DNA of 63,475 nt, filler included, from Octopus bimaculoides (taxonomy: Eukaryota), in the NCBI RefSeq assembly GCF_001194135.2. It is 7 parts of 7 records of this genome, joined end to end, with 100 filler letters (N's around TTAATTAATTAA, not from the genome) between each part and the next. Parts side by side here need not be neighbours in the genome. Positions count along the whole stretch, not along the records: positions 47,098 to 53,809 come from NC_069005.1; positions 53,910 to 61,544 come from NC_068994.1; positions 61,645 to 63,475 come from NC_068998.1; 4 more parts are not named here. The stretch is one strand, 5' to 3'. The notes under the pieces were generated by a model. That model was given only the letters and a program-made list of their open reading frames with translations. It was not told where the DNA came from and did no database searches. This document shows, one piece after another, positions 51,665-63,437 of the stretch. A program made the translations under genes and the position numbers. Position 1 is the first letter of the stretch; every line of letters begins with the position of its first letter.

Positions 51665-51859
51665 TTAAAAATGGGGAAGGCCGGTTTATGGGATTACCCT
51701 GGGTTTCTGTCCATAAAAGGTTTAGCTTTATGGCATATCGTCTGACCCCAAAACCTTAGGCCAACAGGTCTTGGGGTCTGACGATACGCCATAAAGCTAA
51801 ACCTTTTATGGACAGGAAACCTAGAGTAATCCTATAAACCGGCTTTCCCCTGTTTTTAA
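51665..51859. mobile_element. Foldback element/MITE: about 90-bp arms, 9-nt loop, TTAA at both ends
   Basis: ggggaaggccggtttatgggattac..tctgaccccaaaacct is mirrored by aggtcttggggtctgacg..gtaatcctataaaccggctttcccc. Confidence 0.85.
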
Positions 51860-51978
51860 TATATACTGCTCTACATCTTAGAGTGTGCTTCTCCGGATTT
51901 ATGTGTTCTACAAGCGATATATATATATATGTGTGTGTGTGCTTCTGGTGCGCGCTCGCGAGCTGTTATTTCTTTCAG

Positions 51979-52030
51979 ATTAACCGACTACGTAGAGGCT
52001 GTCATTGAAGACGATGACAAAATTCATTAA
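51979..52030 (+). CDS. Candidate terminal exon
   Basis: Acceptor ctgttatttctttcAG. It reads xLTDYVEAVIEDDDKIH* (phase 2) or INRLRRGCH* (phase 0). AATAAA at 52041. Confidence 0.25.
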
Positions 52031-52527
52031 GTACTGCATCAATAAAGTACTTGGTTGATTTAATCCCACCACCAATATGCGACCCGGCCTCGTATCACAT
52101 TTATCATTCAATTTGTTTACATTCTTTCTTTTTTCTTTCTTTCTTCCTTCTTTTTCTTTTTGTCTTTCTTTCTTTTCTCCCTCTTTCTCCTCCTCTCACC
52201 ATCGTCGTCGTCGTAAAAACTCGAGTTGATGGCAATAGCATTAAAGTAACAGGCTTGGTCCTAACTCAATCGTTTACCGTCAACAGCAGCAGCAGCAGTT
52301 GTAATCGGATCTGGTTTGGCTGGTTTCTTGTTCGTTGGCATCCATTACAATATCTTCACTGATGAGAATTTTACGTGGATTGGTTTATATTTACTATCCT
52401 TGTGTGTATCATTCTAATGTATGTCACCAAAAAGTTAGTCCAGGGATTTTAGTCTTCTATTAATATAACTGCGTTCACATCTAGAATGCTTTTATAAGGC
52501 TATTAAATCGACTTCAGTTCTTGACTA

Positions 52528-53114
52528 GGATCTTTTTTAAAACGGGGGCCACATTTTTCATTAACGAAACACTTTGAAACTTGGAACACTGGTAGAATGT
52601 GTCATATAAAACATCTTTTTCTCTTAGTCTTCTTAAAAAAAAAAGAAATCCCTAAGTTATTCCATGTTAAAGTTGTCGTATTTCTGTAATTTCAACCAAT
52701 CACTGACGTCCATTCAGCCGATATACATTAAGTGCCGACTACATAAACAAACGATTCTGAAACAATTCTATCGGTGTTAGGGTTAGGGTAAAACAGCAAA
52801 TTTTAAAAGAAAAAAGCAAATAAAACGAAGAAAAGAAAATGAAAAAAGCAAATTTAAAATGAAAAAAGCAAATAAAACGAAGGTATGGCTTAATGAGCCA
52901 AAGGAGTAAATGTAAACAACTGAATACTTGTCAGTGATTGGTTGAAATTATCGAAATAAGACAATTTTTTACATGAAATAAATTCGAATACAAAAATATT
53001 TTTCTGTTCTATAACACAAAATAGATAAGTATACGAAGTTTGAAAGTCTTTCGGTACCAAAAACACTACGTAAAACATTAATGAAAGATGTGGCCCCCGT
53101 TTTAAAAAAGATCC
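52528..53114 (+). mobile_element. Complete 587-bp GG..CC MITE with 8-bp TSD (Merlin-like)
   Basis: TIRs as in 49334-50060. TSD CTTGACTA at 52520-52527 and 53115-53122. Only a short GTTAGGGTTAGGG remnant inside. Confidence 0.92.
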
Positions 53115-53199
53115 CTTGACTAGCAATCTGTATCACTGTATCGACCAGTCTCTCGGACGTTTTATACATCGCTGATTACAATGCACTTCATTGCATTGC

Positions 53200-53685
53200 T
53201 GTAACTTTCGAATGAGGCCATCATGATGGCTAGGCGAGCAGGCTAACATTTGCCCTGAACAGAACATCAGCCCATGTTAGGGTTACTCATTTACAGCTGA
53301 GTGCATTGGAGCAACGTGAAATGAAGTGTCTTGCTCAAGAACACGTTGCACTGCTGGTCTGGGAAGCGATCGCGAGTATAACATCTTTACTGAGCCACGT
53401 GCTTTCATAGGCGTGGCTGTGTGGTAAGAAGCTTCCTTCCCAATTACATGGTTCAGAAGCCCGTCGTATATATGTGTGTGAGTGTGTCTGTGTTTGTGCC
53501 CCCAGCATGGCTTGACAATCGATGTTGGTGTGTTTACGTCCCCCATAACTTACTGGTTCAGCAAAAAGACACCAATGGAATAGAGTACTAGGCTTACAAA
53601 CAGTAAGTCCTGGGGTCGATTTGTTTCACTAAAGGCGGTGCTCCAGCATGGCTGCAGTCAAATAACTGAAACAAGTAAAAGAATA
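53200..53685. mobile_element. Two adjacent SINEs (minus-strand tRNA-head copy, then plus-strand internal-microsatellite copy)
   Basis: ttacagctgagtg..tggagcaacgtgaaatgaagtgtcttgctcaagaacac (minus), then ataggcgtggctgtgtggtaagaag..agaagcccgtcgtata..gtcaaataactgaaacaagtaaaag (plus). Confidence 0.8.
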
Positions 53686-54272
53686 TATAAATATAAGATC
53701 CAAGGATCGGAGTCTAGGAAGAAAGTTAGCTTTAAATATCTTTAAGAATAGAAGGTTGTGCATATTTTTCATATCAATGTACGATATACTAAAAGAAGTT
53801 CTTATATTTNNNNNNNNNNNNNNNNNNNNNNNNNNNNNNNNNNNNNNNNNNNNTTAATTAATTAANNNNNNNNNNNNNNNNNNNNNNNNNNNNNNNNNNN
53901 NNNNNNNNNTATATATACATATATATATGTGTTTGTATATATATATATATATATATATTTTATATATATATATATGTACACTCACAGCGATACACACGTA
54001 GAATGTTTGTAATTATATTTAGAAATTTTTTGCCCGTAAGTACATTCAAGACGCGTATATAAATACACTCATATTTGCTGATGTAGTAGAAACCTATTCC
54101 CTCTCTAAGGCTGTCGGGGCTCTCATTACCGCTCTGGAGCAGTCTGTTTGTGTATGTAGGATGTGTGTGCTTGTGTGCGTTTGTGTTTATTTGTGTATAG
54201 CAATATCCATATACTCATTCACCCACAGATACACACACACTCACTCACATACACAACACACACAAAAACACA

Positions 54273-54323
<51 letters not shown>

Positions 54324-55158
54324 TGAAATTTCTGTTTTATTTGCTCACGTTAGATATTTCTTGCAAAGTATATGAATGCCCAAGAAAAAAATTCGAAGTT
54401 CAAAGGACAATAACTGCAACAACAACAAGAGCGCCATCCTCCATCCCCAACAACTGTCATTGCCACCACCATCACCATCACCATAACCATCACCATCACC
54501 ATCACCATCACCATCACCATCACTATCTTCATCTTCAGTAACAACAACAACAGCAACAACGATAAAAGAATAATAAAAACACCAGAACAGCAACGACGAC
54601 GTTAAGAGCAGACGAACAGCTGCTCCAGCAACAACAGCAACAATTGCAATGACTACAGCAGCTGCCTGCAAAATCAAGCAACAATGCAGTTGTTGGTCGG
54701 TGTTGATAATAATAATACGTCTTCACACGGAAACAAATTTGATGCACTTTGCTGAAAGTNNNNNNNNNNNNNNNNNNNNNNNNNNNNNNNNNNNNNNNNN
54801 NNNNNNNNNNNNNNNNNNNNNNNNNNNNNNNNNNNNNNNNNNNNNNNNNNNNNNNNNNNNNNNNNNNNNNNNNNNNNNNNNNNNNNNNNNNNNNNNNNNN
54901 NNNNNNNNNNNNNNNNNNNNNNNNNNNNNNNNNNNNNNNNNNNNNNNNNNNNNNNNNNNNNNNNNNNNNNNNNNNNNNNNNNNNNNNNNNNNNNNNNNNN
55001 NNNNNNNNNNNNNNNNNNNNNNNNNNNNNNNNNNNNNNNNNNNNNNNNNNNNNNNNNNNNNCTCCTCCTCCTCCTTTTTTTCTTTCTTCCTTTCACCACC
55101 TCTCACTTTTATGTTGAGGAACATAATGCTAATGATGATGATTATGATGAAGATAAAG

Positions 55159-55201
<43 letters not shown>

Positions 55202-55234
55202 TAATGTTTTCAAATTTTGCCACAACGGCAGCTA

Positions 55235-55421
55235 TTTTGGGGACGGTGCTCAGTCGATGACATCGACCCCAGTGTTAAACTGGTACTTATTTTATCGACC
55301 ACAAAAGGATGAAATGCAGAGTCAACCTCGGCGGAATTTGAACTCAGAACGTAGCGACGAGCGAAATAAGGCTAAGTATTTCATTCCACGCGCTAACTAA
55401 CGATTCTGCCAGCTCGCTGCC
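55235..55421 (-). mobile_element. tRNA-derived SINE (gctggcagaatcgttagc.. family)
   Basis: catcgaccccagtg..aaggatgaaa..cctcggcggaatttgaactcagaac..cgattctgccagctcgctgcc. Confidence 0.88.
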
Positions 55422-55578
<157 letters not shown>

Positions 55579-55870
55579 GGAAGAATTTGGGGCATGGGTA
55601 GAGTAAAGGCCGTGCTTATTATAATTGGTAAGTTGGGAACAGTAAGCAAAGATATAGACAAATGACTAAAGGAGATTGAAATGGAATACCCCGTAGAGCT
55701 CCTACAGAAAGTTTGCCTCCTTGGGGTAGCAAGGATTTTCAGGTTTCTAAGCATTTGAAAGACTGCCGAAAACTTGTTGAAACCTAAGGCAACTGGTAGT
55801 AACCCGCTACGAAAATAAATCCTGTCAGGAATAAGACCAAACCTGAGCTTTGTTTCTATAACAATAATAA
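55579..55870 (+). mobile_element. RLE-type (HERO-like) LINE extreme 3' end
   Basis: RIWGMGRVKAVLIIIGKLGTVSKDIDK*LKEIEMEYPVELLQKVCLLGVARIFRFLSI* (consensus MW..V.VVP.VIG.LG..LQK..LLGTA.ILR), then a 3' UTR ending acaataataa. Confidence 0.8.
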
Positions 55871-57406
55871 ACTGCTGTGAATACCTATCCTTTCCTTTCT
55901 CCCTGAGTGTTCGAAAATGTAAACATCATCCACCTTTTTTTATTCTAAGAACACTACCATTTCTCTCTGTGCGGTCATTTAAAAGACCATATTTAGTAAA
56001 TCTTAAAATTTTACTATCTACTTCTTTTCTTTTCTTTTTGACCCTCCATGAGTATTCGAAAATGTAAACATCCTTTTCTTTGCAAAAGTCCTATTGCATT
56101 CTCCAACTCGACAGACAAACGAACATCTCAAGAAAACTTTAAAACTTTAATATATTACCGAAATACGTAAACACACCTTTTATTGCAACAACACAATTGA
56201 ATTCAGAAATTCAAAGATTCAACGACATGAATATCTGAATATATGTGTGTGTATGCATANNNNNNNNNNNNNNNNNNNNNNNNNNNNNNNNNNNNNNNNN
56301 NNNNNNNNNNNNNNNNNNNNNNNNNNNNNNNNNNNNNNNNNNNNNNNNNNNNNNNNNNNNNNNNNNNNNNNNNNNNNNNNNNNNNNNNNNNNNNNNNNNN
56401 NNNNNNNNNNNNNNNNNNNNNNNNNNNNNNNNNNNNNNNNNNNNNNNNNNNNNNNNNNNNNNNNNNNNNNNNNNNNNNNNNNNNNNNNNNNNNNNNNNNN
56501 NNNNNNNNNNNNNNNNNNNNNNNNNNNNNNNNNNNNNNNNNNNNNNNNNNNNNNNNNNNNNNNNNATATATATAATAATTATTATTATTATTGCTTTTTC
56601 TACCAGTAATTACAAATAGAACAGGTTGAATTGCTTATTTCCAAGGCCAAAGGCGTGCTCTCAGTGGTCACTGGTAGTAGTAAACAGTTTTCATCAGTTT
56701 GTCCGATGGAAGTTTTAATTTTCAATTATTGTATTTGTCTTAGGCACAGAAAAAAAAGGAAGAAAACAAACGAACAAAAATAAATAAAAAAGTGAAGTTC
56801 GAATGTTCTGAATGTCCACCCTCATTAAAGGAGGCAGAATGACATTTTCATGTCATTTGTAGTCAGGAAACAAATATTTTAATTAATTATCTCAGCATAT
56901 TTGACATATGAAGAAAGAGGAATAGTGAGAGGAGTCCTTGACAGCTGCAGTAGCGGTAAACGCTGACGCTGTTGTTTGCTTTGAAAACATTGCTAGCCAA
57001 GGCAAAAAAGTAATTATATTCCAAATAGCTTCCGGAGAAATATAACAAATGTATCGGTGCTAGCTCCGACGACAACATTTAATGCTATGGTGCAAAACAG
57101 CGGTGAAACGGAGAGGACATATATCAGAAATATGTAGGTATGAACTGTGACAGTCTAATTCTGTGTCACAACACAATAATGAGGCGGAAAATAGTAGCGC
57201 TATAGACAAACACGAACAGCACGAAATGTGAAAAGAAGAAAAATAACGTCAACAACAATAAAAACAATGACAAAATCTGCATCGATGAGACAACAAAGAA
57301 GATTTTTTATCTTCTGTCCGTACAGCGAACCAACGGGTGCCACATTCAATCGAGGGAAACACAAGCTAAAAACACGCAAGAGAGAGACATTACTATTATT
57401 ATTATT

Positions 57407-57690
57407 TTATGTTTGACTTTTGCTTTGCATTTGTACAAGTTGGATCCAAGTCTCACCCAGAGACCTCAAGAGACAAGTTAGAAGTTCATGTAGGTGTTAT
57501 GCCTAGGGTACCATATATTTGAATTCGGACATAGTGTTGTTCTAGAGAATGTTTAACATACCATAAGAAAATTATGTGTTTGTTTTAAAATTTGAGATCA
57601 CATAGACAGTATTTTACGTAGGATATGGGCAGTTCCCATGAGCACTATCTTTTGAACTTCAGCCATTTTGGGGTTTCCTGGTATCTGAAC
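57407..57690 (-). mobile_element. RLE-type (HERO-like) LINE extreme 3' end
   Basis: IPGNPKMAEVQKIVLMGTAHILRKILSM* (stop at 57598-57600), then a 3' UTR ..gaggtctctgggtgagacttggatcc.. ending in (AAT)n. Confidence 0.85.
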
Positions 57691-57708
57691 GAGGTAGTAA
57701 TCAGCCCG

Positions 57709-57710
<2 letters not shown>

Positions 57711-57773
<63 letters not shown>

Positions 57774-57778
57774 CATTA
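57711..57778. repeat. (ATT)n microsatellite
   Basis: Directly visible. Confidence 0.95.
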
Positions 57779-57879
57779 TGCGGATTTTATTCAGTGATAT
57801 TTAATGAATAATTTAGATTATGTAGGCAAAGCTCAATTTAAAGAAATGCCTTATAAATGTACAGGTCCTCTGTAATTCA

Positions 57880-58640
57880 TAATTAGATTGAAAAGAACTA
57901 ATCGGAGTATGGCCTGCAGTGGTGGTCACTGTTATCTCTTTTGAATCTCCTGAAGAGATGCTGCTTCTGGGATATTGTTAACATGTTTTTCAAGTCCTTT
58001 TTCATACCCAAGGATCCCACGATTAGTGGAACTGTCTTCCTTTTAACAATCTCAATCTCTAAGACTTTGTATTTGCGTATTTTTTTCCCATCTCTTTTAC
58101 TGATATGGCGTTATCTAATTGAATACTCATATCAAATAATTTGCAGGTTTTATCTTTCCTGCCCTTGAAAATGATATCTGCTCTGCTTGAATTCTCCGAT
58201 TTGTACTAACTGGGGAATCCCAAAGTACTGTTATCTTATATCTTCTTCCATTAATAGTTATGGTTTGTATTCATGCCGGTTAATGGCTGTTTTAATGATG
58301 TAATAGTTACATAGCTTCCAGTGCCAACAATGGTTTACTCTGTCATGGCGATTCTTATAACTATTTCGTGTCAATACCGGAGAACCTAAAATAAGATGCT
58401 CTTGTGTTTTATTCATATCTGTCACAAAATATGCATAAGACTTAAACATACTTTGGCCTCGTATAGCGAATATTTACATCTCCCTCCCCTCTGGCAACGT
58501 CAGTTTCTTTTCTGGTCTACATCGGTATCTTGACTTTGGAGGACATGCAGTCAATGCAGAGGTTTGTGTTCCCATTGATATTTGAATTATTCTTGGTCTC
58601 CAATTTTTGCTAGCTATTTGATGTTTTTCGTTGGTACGGC
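57880..58640 (-). mobile_element. Degenerate RLE-type (HERO-like) LINE fragment (zinc knuckle plus endonuclease)
   Basis: WEHKPLH, EHLILGSPVL..YKNRHDRV..HWKLC, ITVLWDSPV, DIIFK..KTCKLFDMSI..KEMEKIRKYKVLEIEI and TVPLIVGSLG. Confidence 0.85.
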
Positions 58641-58989
58641 ACGAGTTTTTCCCTACCACTTTCCGAGTTCAGAGTCGTGTATCCTACTTTTAAATGCATA
58701 TTTGTTATTTACGTGCTTTAGAACCGGTTTTAAATATTCAGGCTTCCGCGAAGTAGAATTATGTAAATAATCTTATTGTTGATACATTATACAAAAGTTA
58801 AGGTCGTGTCATTTCCCTGCTTCCCCTGAGCCTCTGTAGGTACAGACGATCAACATTCGAACTGATGATGTCTTAGCTGGCCGAAACATCAAAGTCACTG
58901 TAAAAACCTTTTTTCGTTAAAAAGATATATAAAGTAAAAAAAAAAATATATAAGGTAAAACTAAAAGCTAATTGTCAACATAATATGGC

Positions 58990-59195
58990 TGTCCTGGAAG
59001 GGACTTCGTTACTGTTCATTAGCCCCAAGGAACATCGTTCCTAGCTGGCTGTACGACACACTATCTGTGTCCTTATATTTTTGAACAGGGAATTCAGCAT
59101 CCCCACCTAGCACAAAAAACATCTGTGGACTAGTTTCAGAGTTATTGCTCTTTATCAACACAGAGTAGCTGCTTAGCTAGGTGGCGTTGCTGAAT
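58990..59195 (-). mobile_element. Penelope-like element terminal repeat remnant
   Basis: Diverged relative of 2685-2890 that carries a hammerhead motif at the equivalent position. Confidence 0.6.
59122..59164 (-). ncRNA. Minimal type I hammerhead ribozyme with decayed core
   Basis: UCUGUG-UUGAUAA-AGAG-caauaa-CUCU-GAA-ACUAGU-C/CACAGA. All stems are intact. The core differs from CUGAUGA by two transitions. Confidence 0.7.
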
Positions 59196-59369
59196 TCACA
59201 GTTCGAATATATAGATTTCAAAGTGACACAGTCACTGACCTATAAATAGAAATATATATATATGTATATGTATGTATATGTATCTATCTATTCATACACA
59301 CACACATACGCACACGCTCGCACACGCACACGCACGCACGCACACACACACACCACACACACACAAATC

Positions 59370-59585
59370 CACGACGGTGTGCTGAAAAGTTCCTGCCTTT
59401 GAGTAAAAGAAAATACAAGAGAATTTTAGGATTTTATCCAAAATGTTCCCTTCTCAGATTCACACACTTATTGCAGTGGTCCTTCAGTTTTTTTTAAGCC
59501 CTGTAAAAGAACTCGGATGGTTGAGCCTCCAGTCAGGCTTTTTCGCGATATCCCGAAAGCCAGGAACTTTTCAGTCATCTCTGTG
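59370..59585. mobile_element. mariner-derived MITE
   Basis: TIRs ACGACGGTGTGCTGAAAAGTTCCTGCCTTT and AAAGCCAGGAACTTTTCAGTCATCTCTG. Confidence 0.8.
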
Positions 59586-59587
59586 TG

Positions 59588-59659
<72 letters not shown>

Positions 59660-60538
59660 TGTGTGCATATATAATTTATATATATTATATATAAAAATAT
59701 ATATATAATATATATAAATATTTATTTACTTATTGTGTGTGTATGAGTGTGTATCTCTGTATCTGTGTAGATGCATAGATAGATACATAGATCGATGATT
59801 AGATATGGATACTAGCATTGATGCGAGTTTGGTTTTAATTATATGGTTGCGCATAGTAACAAACTATTACTGTAAACAAACTCAATAGTTTTAGTAAAAT
59901 CAAATTATTATAACGGGAATTCAGGCTTAGTAATTGATGTGTGTGTACGTATGTACGTACATACATACTTACACACATACATACATGCATACATACATAT
60001 ATATGTGTGTGTATGACTGTTTGTATGTATGCATGTATATATACATATATGCATACACACACAAATTCAAAGCAATATCTTGATTAACGATTTTTTTTCT
60101 CCATATTTTGCAATTTTTTATTTTAATTTGTTATCAAAAACCTCATTAACGGACGAAGCTTAAACATAGTTTTAATGATAGTTTTAACGCAGATAAAATT
60201 TTTGTGTCCGTTATCAAATGTGTACTGTCAGAATCTTTGGAAAAAACATTCAGTGCTGATTCATAAGTTTGCCTCATTATTCCACTCAGACCGGAAGAGA
60301 TGTCAACGCTTCCGGTGATACGTTGGAAAATAGAAGAATAACCTACCCCCAGACTGATACATCCTACATTATTGCCAATATTATCGCCTGTATATCTTCC
60401 CAAAATATCTCATCATAATTTTTGTAATCTTTGGGAAGCAGTGTAATACTTTAACATTTGGAGTTAATAGAATATTGAAATTAAAACGGGCAACGATAAT
60501 ATTCATTCTATCCGTCCGTGGACGGACATAACACTGGC

Positions 60539-60573
<35 letters not shown>

Positions 60574-61096
60574 TGTATGTATGTATGTATGTATGTATGT
60601 ATGTATGCAAGCATGCATGTACACACACACACACACACACATATATATNNNNNNNNNNNNNNNNNNNNNNNNNNNNNNNNNNNNNNNNNNNNNNNNNNNN
60701 NNNNNNNNNNNNNNNNNNNNNNNNNNNNNNNNNNNNNNNNNNNNNNNNNNNNNNNNNNNNNNNNNNNNNNNNNNNNNNNNNNNNNNNNNNNNNNNNNNNN
60801 NNNNNNNNNNNNNNNNNNNNNNNNNNNNNNNNNNNNNNNNNNNNNNNNNNNNNNNNNNNNNNNNNNNNNNNNNNNNNNNNNNNNNNNNNNNNNNNNNNNN
60901 NNNNNNNNNNNNNNNNNNNNNNNNNNNNNNNNNNNNNNNNNNNNNNNNNNNNNNNNNNNNNNNNNNNNNNNNNNNNNNNNNNNNNNNNNNNNNNNNNNNN
61001 NNNNNNNNNNNNNNNNNNNNNNNNNNNNNNNNNNNNNNNNNNNNNNNNNTATGTCCCTCTCTTTCTCCTCCTCTCTCTCTATATCTATCTATCTAA

Positions 61097-61153
<57 letters not shown>

Positions 61154-61715
61154 CATCTATCTCTCTATCTATCTATACATACATACATACATACATATAT
61201 GTAATATAGAAGTACACGTGAACCAACCATTTATGCAGGCGAGTGACTATGCACATATGCTATGAATATAAGGTTATCTTTGAATCATATTTTTTGAAGA
61301 AACCATTTTCCATTGTAGGATCCTATGCATCTATTATTCTTATAACTGTAACTTTACATCTATTATGATCAGCACCCTCCATCTTGTGCACGTACCCACA
61401 TAGACACACACGCACGCGCGCGTATATACACACCCAGACATACTCACACAACTCTCCTTTCATTCTCTTTATATAAGGGCAACGGTTTATATAGCCACAC
61501 CCTACCTTTTTACATCTCTCTCTCTCCCTCTCACTCTCTCTCTCNNNNNNNNNNNNNNNNNNNNNNNNNNNNNNNNNNNNNNNNNNNNTTAATTAATTAA
61601 NNNNNNNNNNNNNNNNNNNNNNNNNNNNNNNNNNNNNNNNNNNNTGTGTGTGTGTGTGTGTGTGTATATTTATATATGTATATATATTTACATATGTGTT
61701 TGTGTGTGTATGTGT

Positions 61716-61749
<34 letters not shown>

Positions 61750-61758
<9 letters not shown>

Positions 61759-61970
61759 CATGTGTGTGTCTTTGTGTCTGTGATTGTCTCCCCATCACCA
61801 CTTGACAATTGGTGTCAGTGTGCTTTTTAATCCGTAACTTAGCAGTTTGGCAAAATAGAACGATAAAATAAATACCAGGCTTAAAAGAACTGGGGTTGAG
61901 TCATTCGACTAAAAATTCAAGGTGGTGCCCCAGCATGGTAGTGGTCTAATGACTGAAACAAGTAAAAAAT
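61750..61970 (+). mobile_element. SINE 3' part
   Basis: cacttgacaattggtgtc..ccgtaacttagcagtttggcaaaa..ccccagcatgg..atgactgaaacaagtaaaa. Confidence 0.75.
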
Positions 61971-62039
61971 AAAGGCTACAAAATGAATATCAAAAAATCC
62001 CTTCCTCTGAAGGCCTTAGGCTTCCATAAGAGATTCACC

Positions 62040-62225
62040 AAAATCAGTAACCTTGGTATCAAAATCCTCATGAATACTAGAAAGTGAATCCTGTTTCTTG
62101 ATAATTCTTGCTGGGTGAAAAAAGGAGGTGGCCCAGTGGCCCACTATTTGACATATCCAAGAAGAGTTGTGATGAGGCTGAGGTTGCTGACCTTGTTAGA
62201 TTATTTATCCTGGATACGTTAAAGA
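62040..62225 (+). mobile_element. Penelope-like reverse transcriptase remnant
   Basis: IKILMNTRK*ILFLDNSCWVKKG, then across a frameshift LFDISKKSCDEAEVADLVRLFILDTL (consensus FDV.MGS.DGAEVCELVGL.IL). Confidence 0.7.
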
Positions 62226-62261
62226 AACATACACACCCTCATAGTTCTGTTCTGTATATCT

Positions 62262-62295
<34 letters not shown>

Positions 62296-62302
62296 CATCA
62301 TG

Positions 62303-62338
<36 letters not shown>

Positions 62339-62658
62339 NNNNNNNNNNNNNNNNNNNNNNNNNNNNNNNNNNNNNNNNNNNNNNNNNNNNNNNNNNNNNN
62401 NNNNNNNNNNNNNNNNNNNNNNNNNNNNNNNNNNNNNNNNNNNNNNNNNNNNNNNNNNNNNNNNNNNNNNNNNNNNNNNNNNNNNNNNNNNNNNNNNNNN
62501 NNNNNNNNNNNNNNNNNNNNNNNNNNNNNNNNNNNNNNNNNNNNNNNNNNNNNNNNNNNNNNNNNNNNNNNNNNNNNNNNNNNNNNNNNNNNNNNNNNNN
62601 NNNNNNNNNNNNNNNNNNNNNNNNNNNNNNNNNNNNNNNNNNNNNNNNNNNNNNNNNN

Positions 62659-62694
<36 letters not shown>

Positions 62695-62914
62695 TAATAC
62701 ACCTGTTTGTTGTTTACAAACCTGTCTTTGTCTTCTGGTTTTTTTTTGTAAATTCCAACTATATATATATCAAATTAAATACACAACTGAAAGAGGTACT
62801 AATAGTTTCATACTATTACGATACTTGATCAGGCATATTTATAAAATATGTCATGTATCTTAAAGCAATCTTCCAGGCTCTTTTTATGCATTATAAATAT
62901 ATATATATATATAA

Positions 62915-63122
62915 GTAAATAATAATTATAAGCTTGCTTATAAGCATTCACTGGCTATAGAAAATAGAATAGTATAGGGCCATATAAGCCAATGATGGAA
63001 AAAAAATTGGTCGTATACTAATTTTTTTCTGTCAAGGGCTTATATACCTCAATATTAGATTATTTTCTATATTAGCCAATATACAGTCAATGCTTATAAG
63101 CAAACTTATAATTGTTATTTAC
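62915..63122. mobile_element. AT-rich foldback/MITE, 208 bp
   Basis: GTAAATAATAATTATAAGCTTGCTTATAAGCATTCACTG is mirrored by CAGTCAATGCTTATAAGCAAACTTATAATTGTTATTTAC. Weaker symmetry continues to a central loop. Confidence 0.75.
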
Positions 63123-63437
63123 AGCATTTTCACTCATCACCTTTTCTTAATTTAATGCAGAATATATCTGTCTGTCTGTTTGTCTACCTATCTATCTATA
63201 TATATATGTATGCATTACATATAATATATGTATAATATACCCCAAAGTATCCAACTATCAGAGTTGTCGACTACCAAACAACAGAGAACTTCCCATCATT
63301 GATTCATTTGTGGTATGATATTGGATTACTTAACTGTCGGATTTGCGTCATTCTGGCCAGCCAATAACTGCGGTGTGCTTCACTTCTATATGCTTCCATC
63401 TGTTATGGATCCTCTGTAATCAAATATATGTATATAG

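Noticed and set aside
52265-52418. Frame with two hydrophobic segments (AAAAVVIGSGLAGFLFVGI..WIGLYLLSLCVSF*)
   Set aside because: No start or convincing acceptor, and it is partly built on a (CAG)n repeat.
58855-58895. CTGATGA..GAAAC hammerhead-like motif
   Set aside because: Stem II is imperfect and there is no stem I pairing. At most a decayed relic.
60510-60540. TCCGTCC-GT-GGACGGA hairpin plus CTGG as a Helitron 3' end
   Set aside because: Not followed by T, and no matching 5' TC end or Helitron coding sequence nearby.
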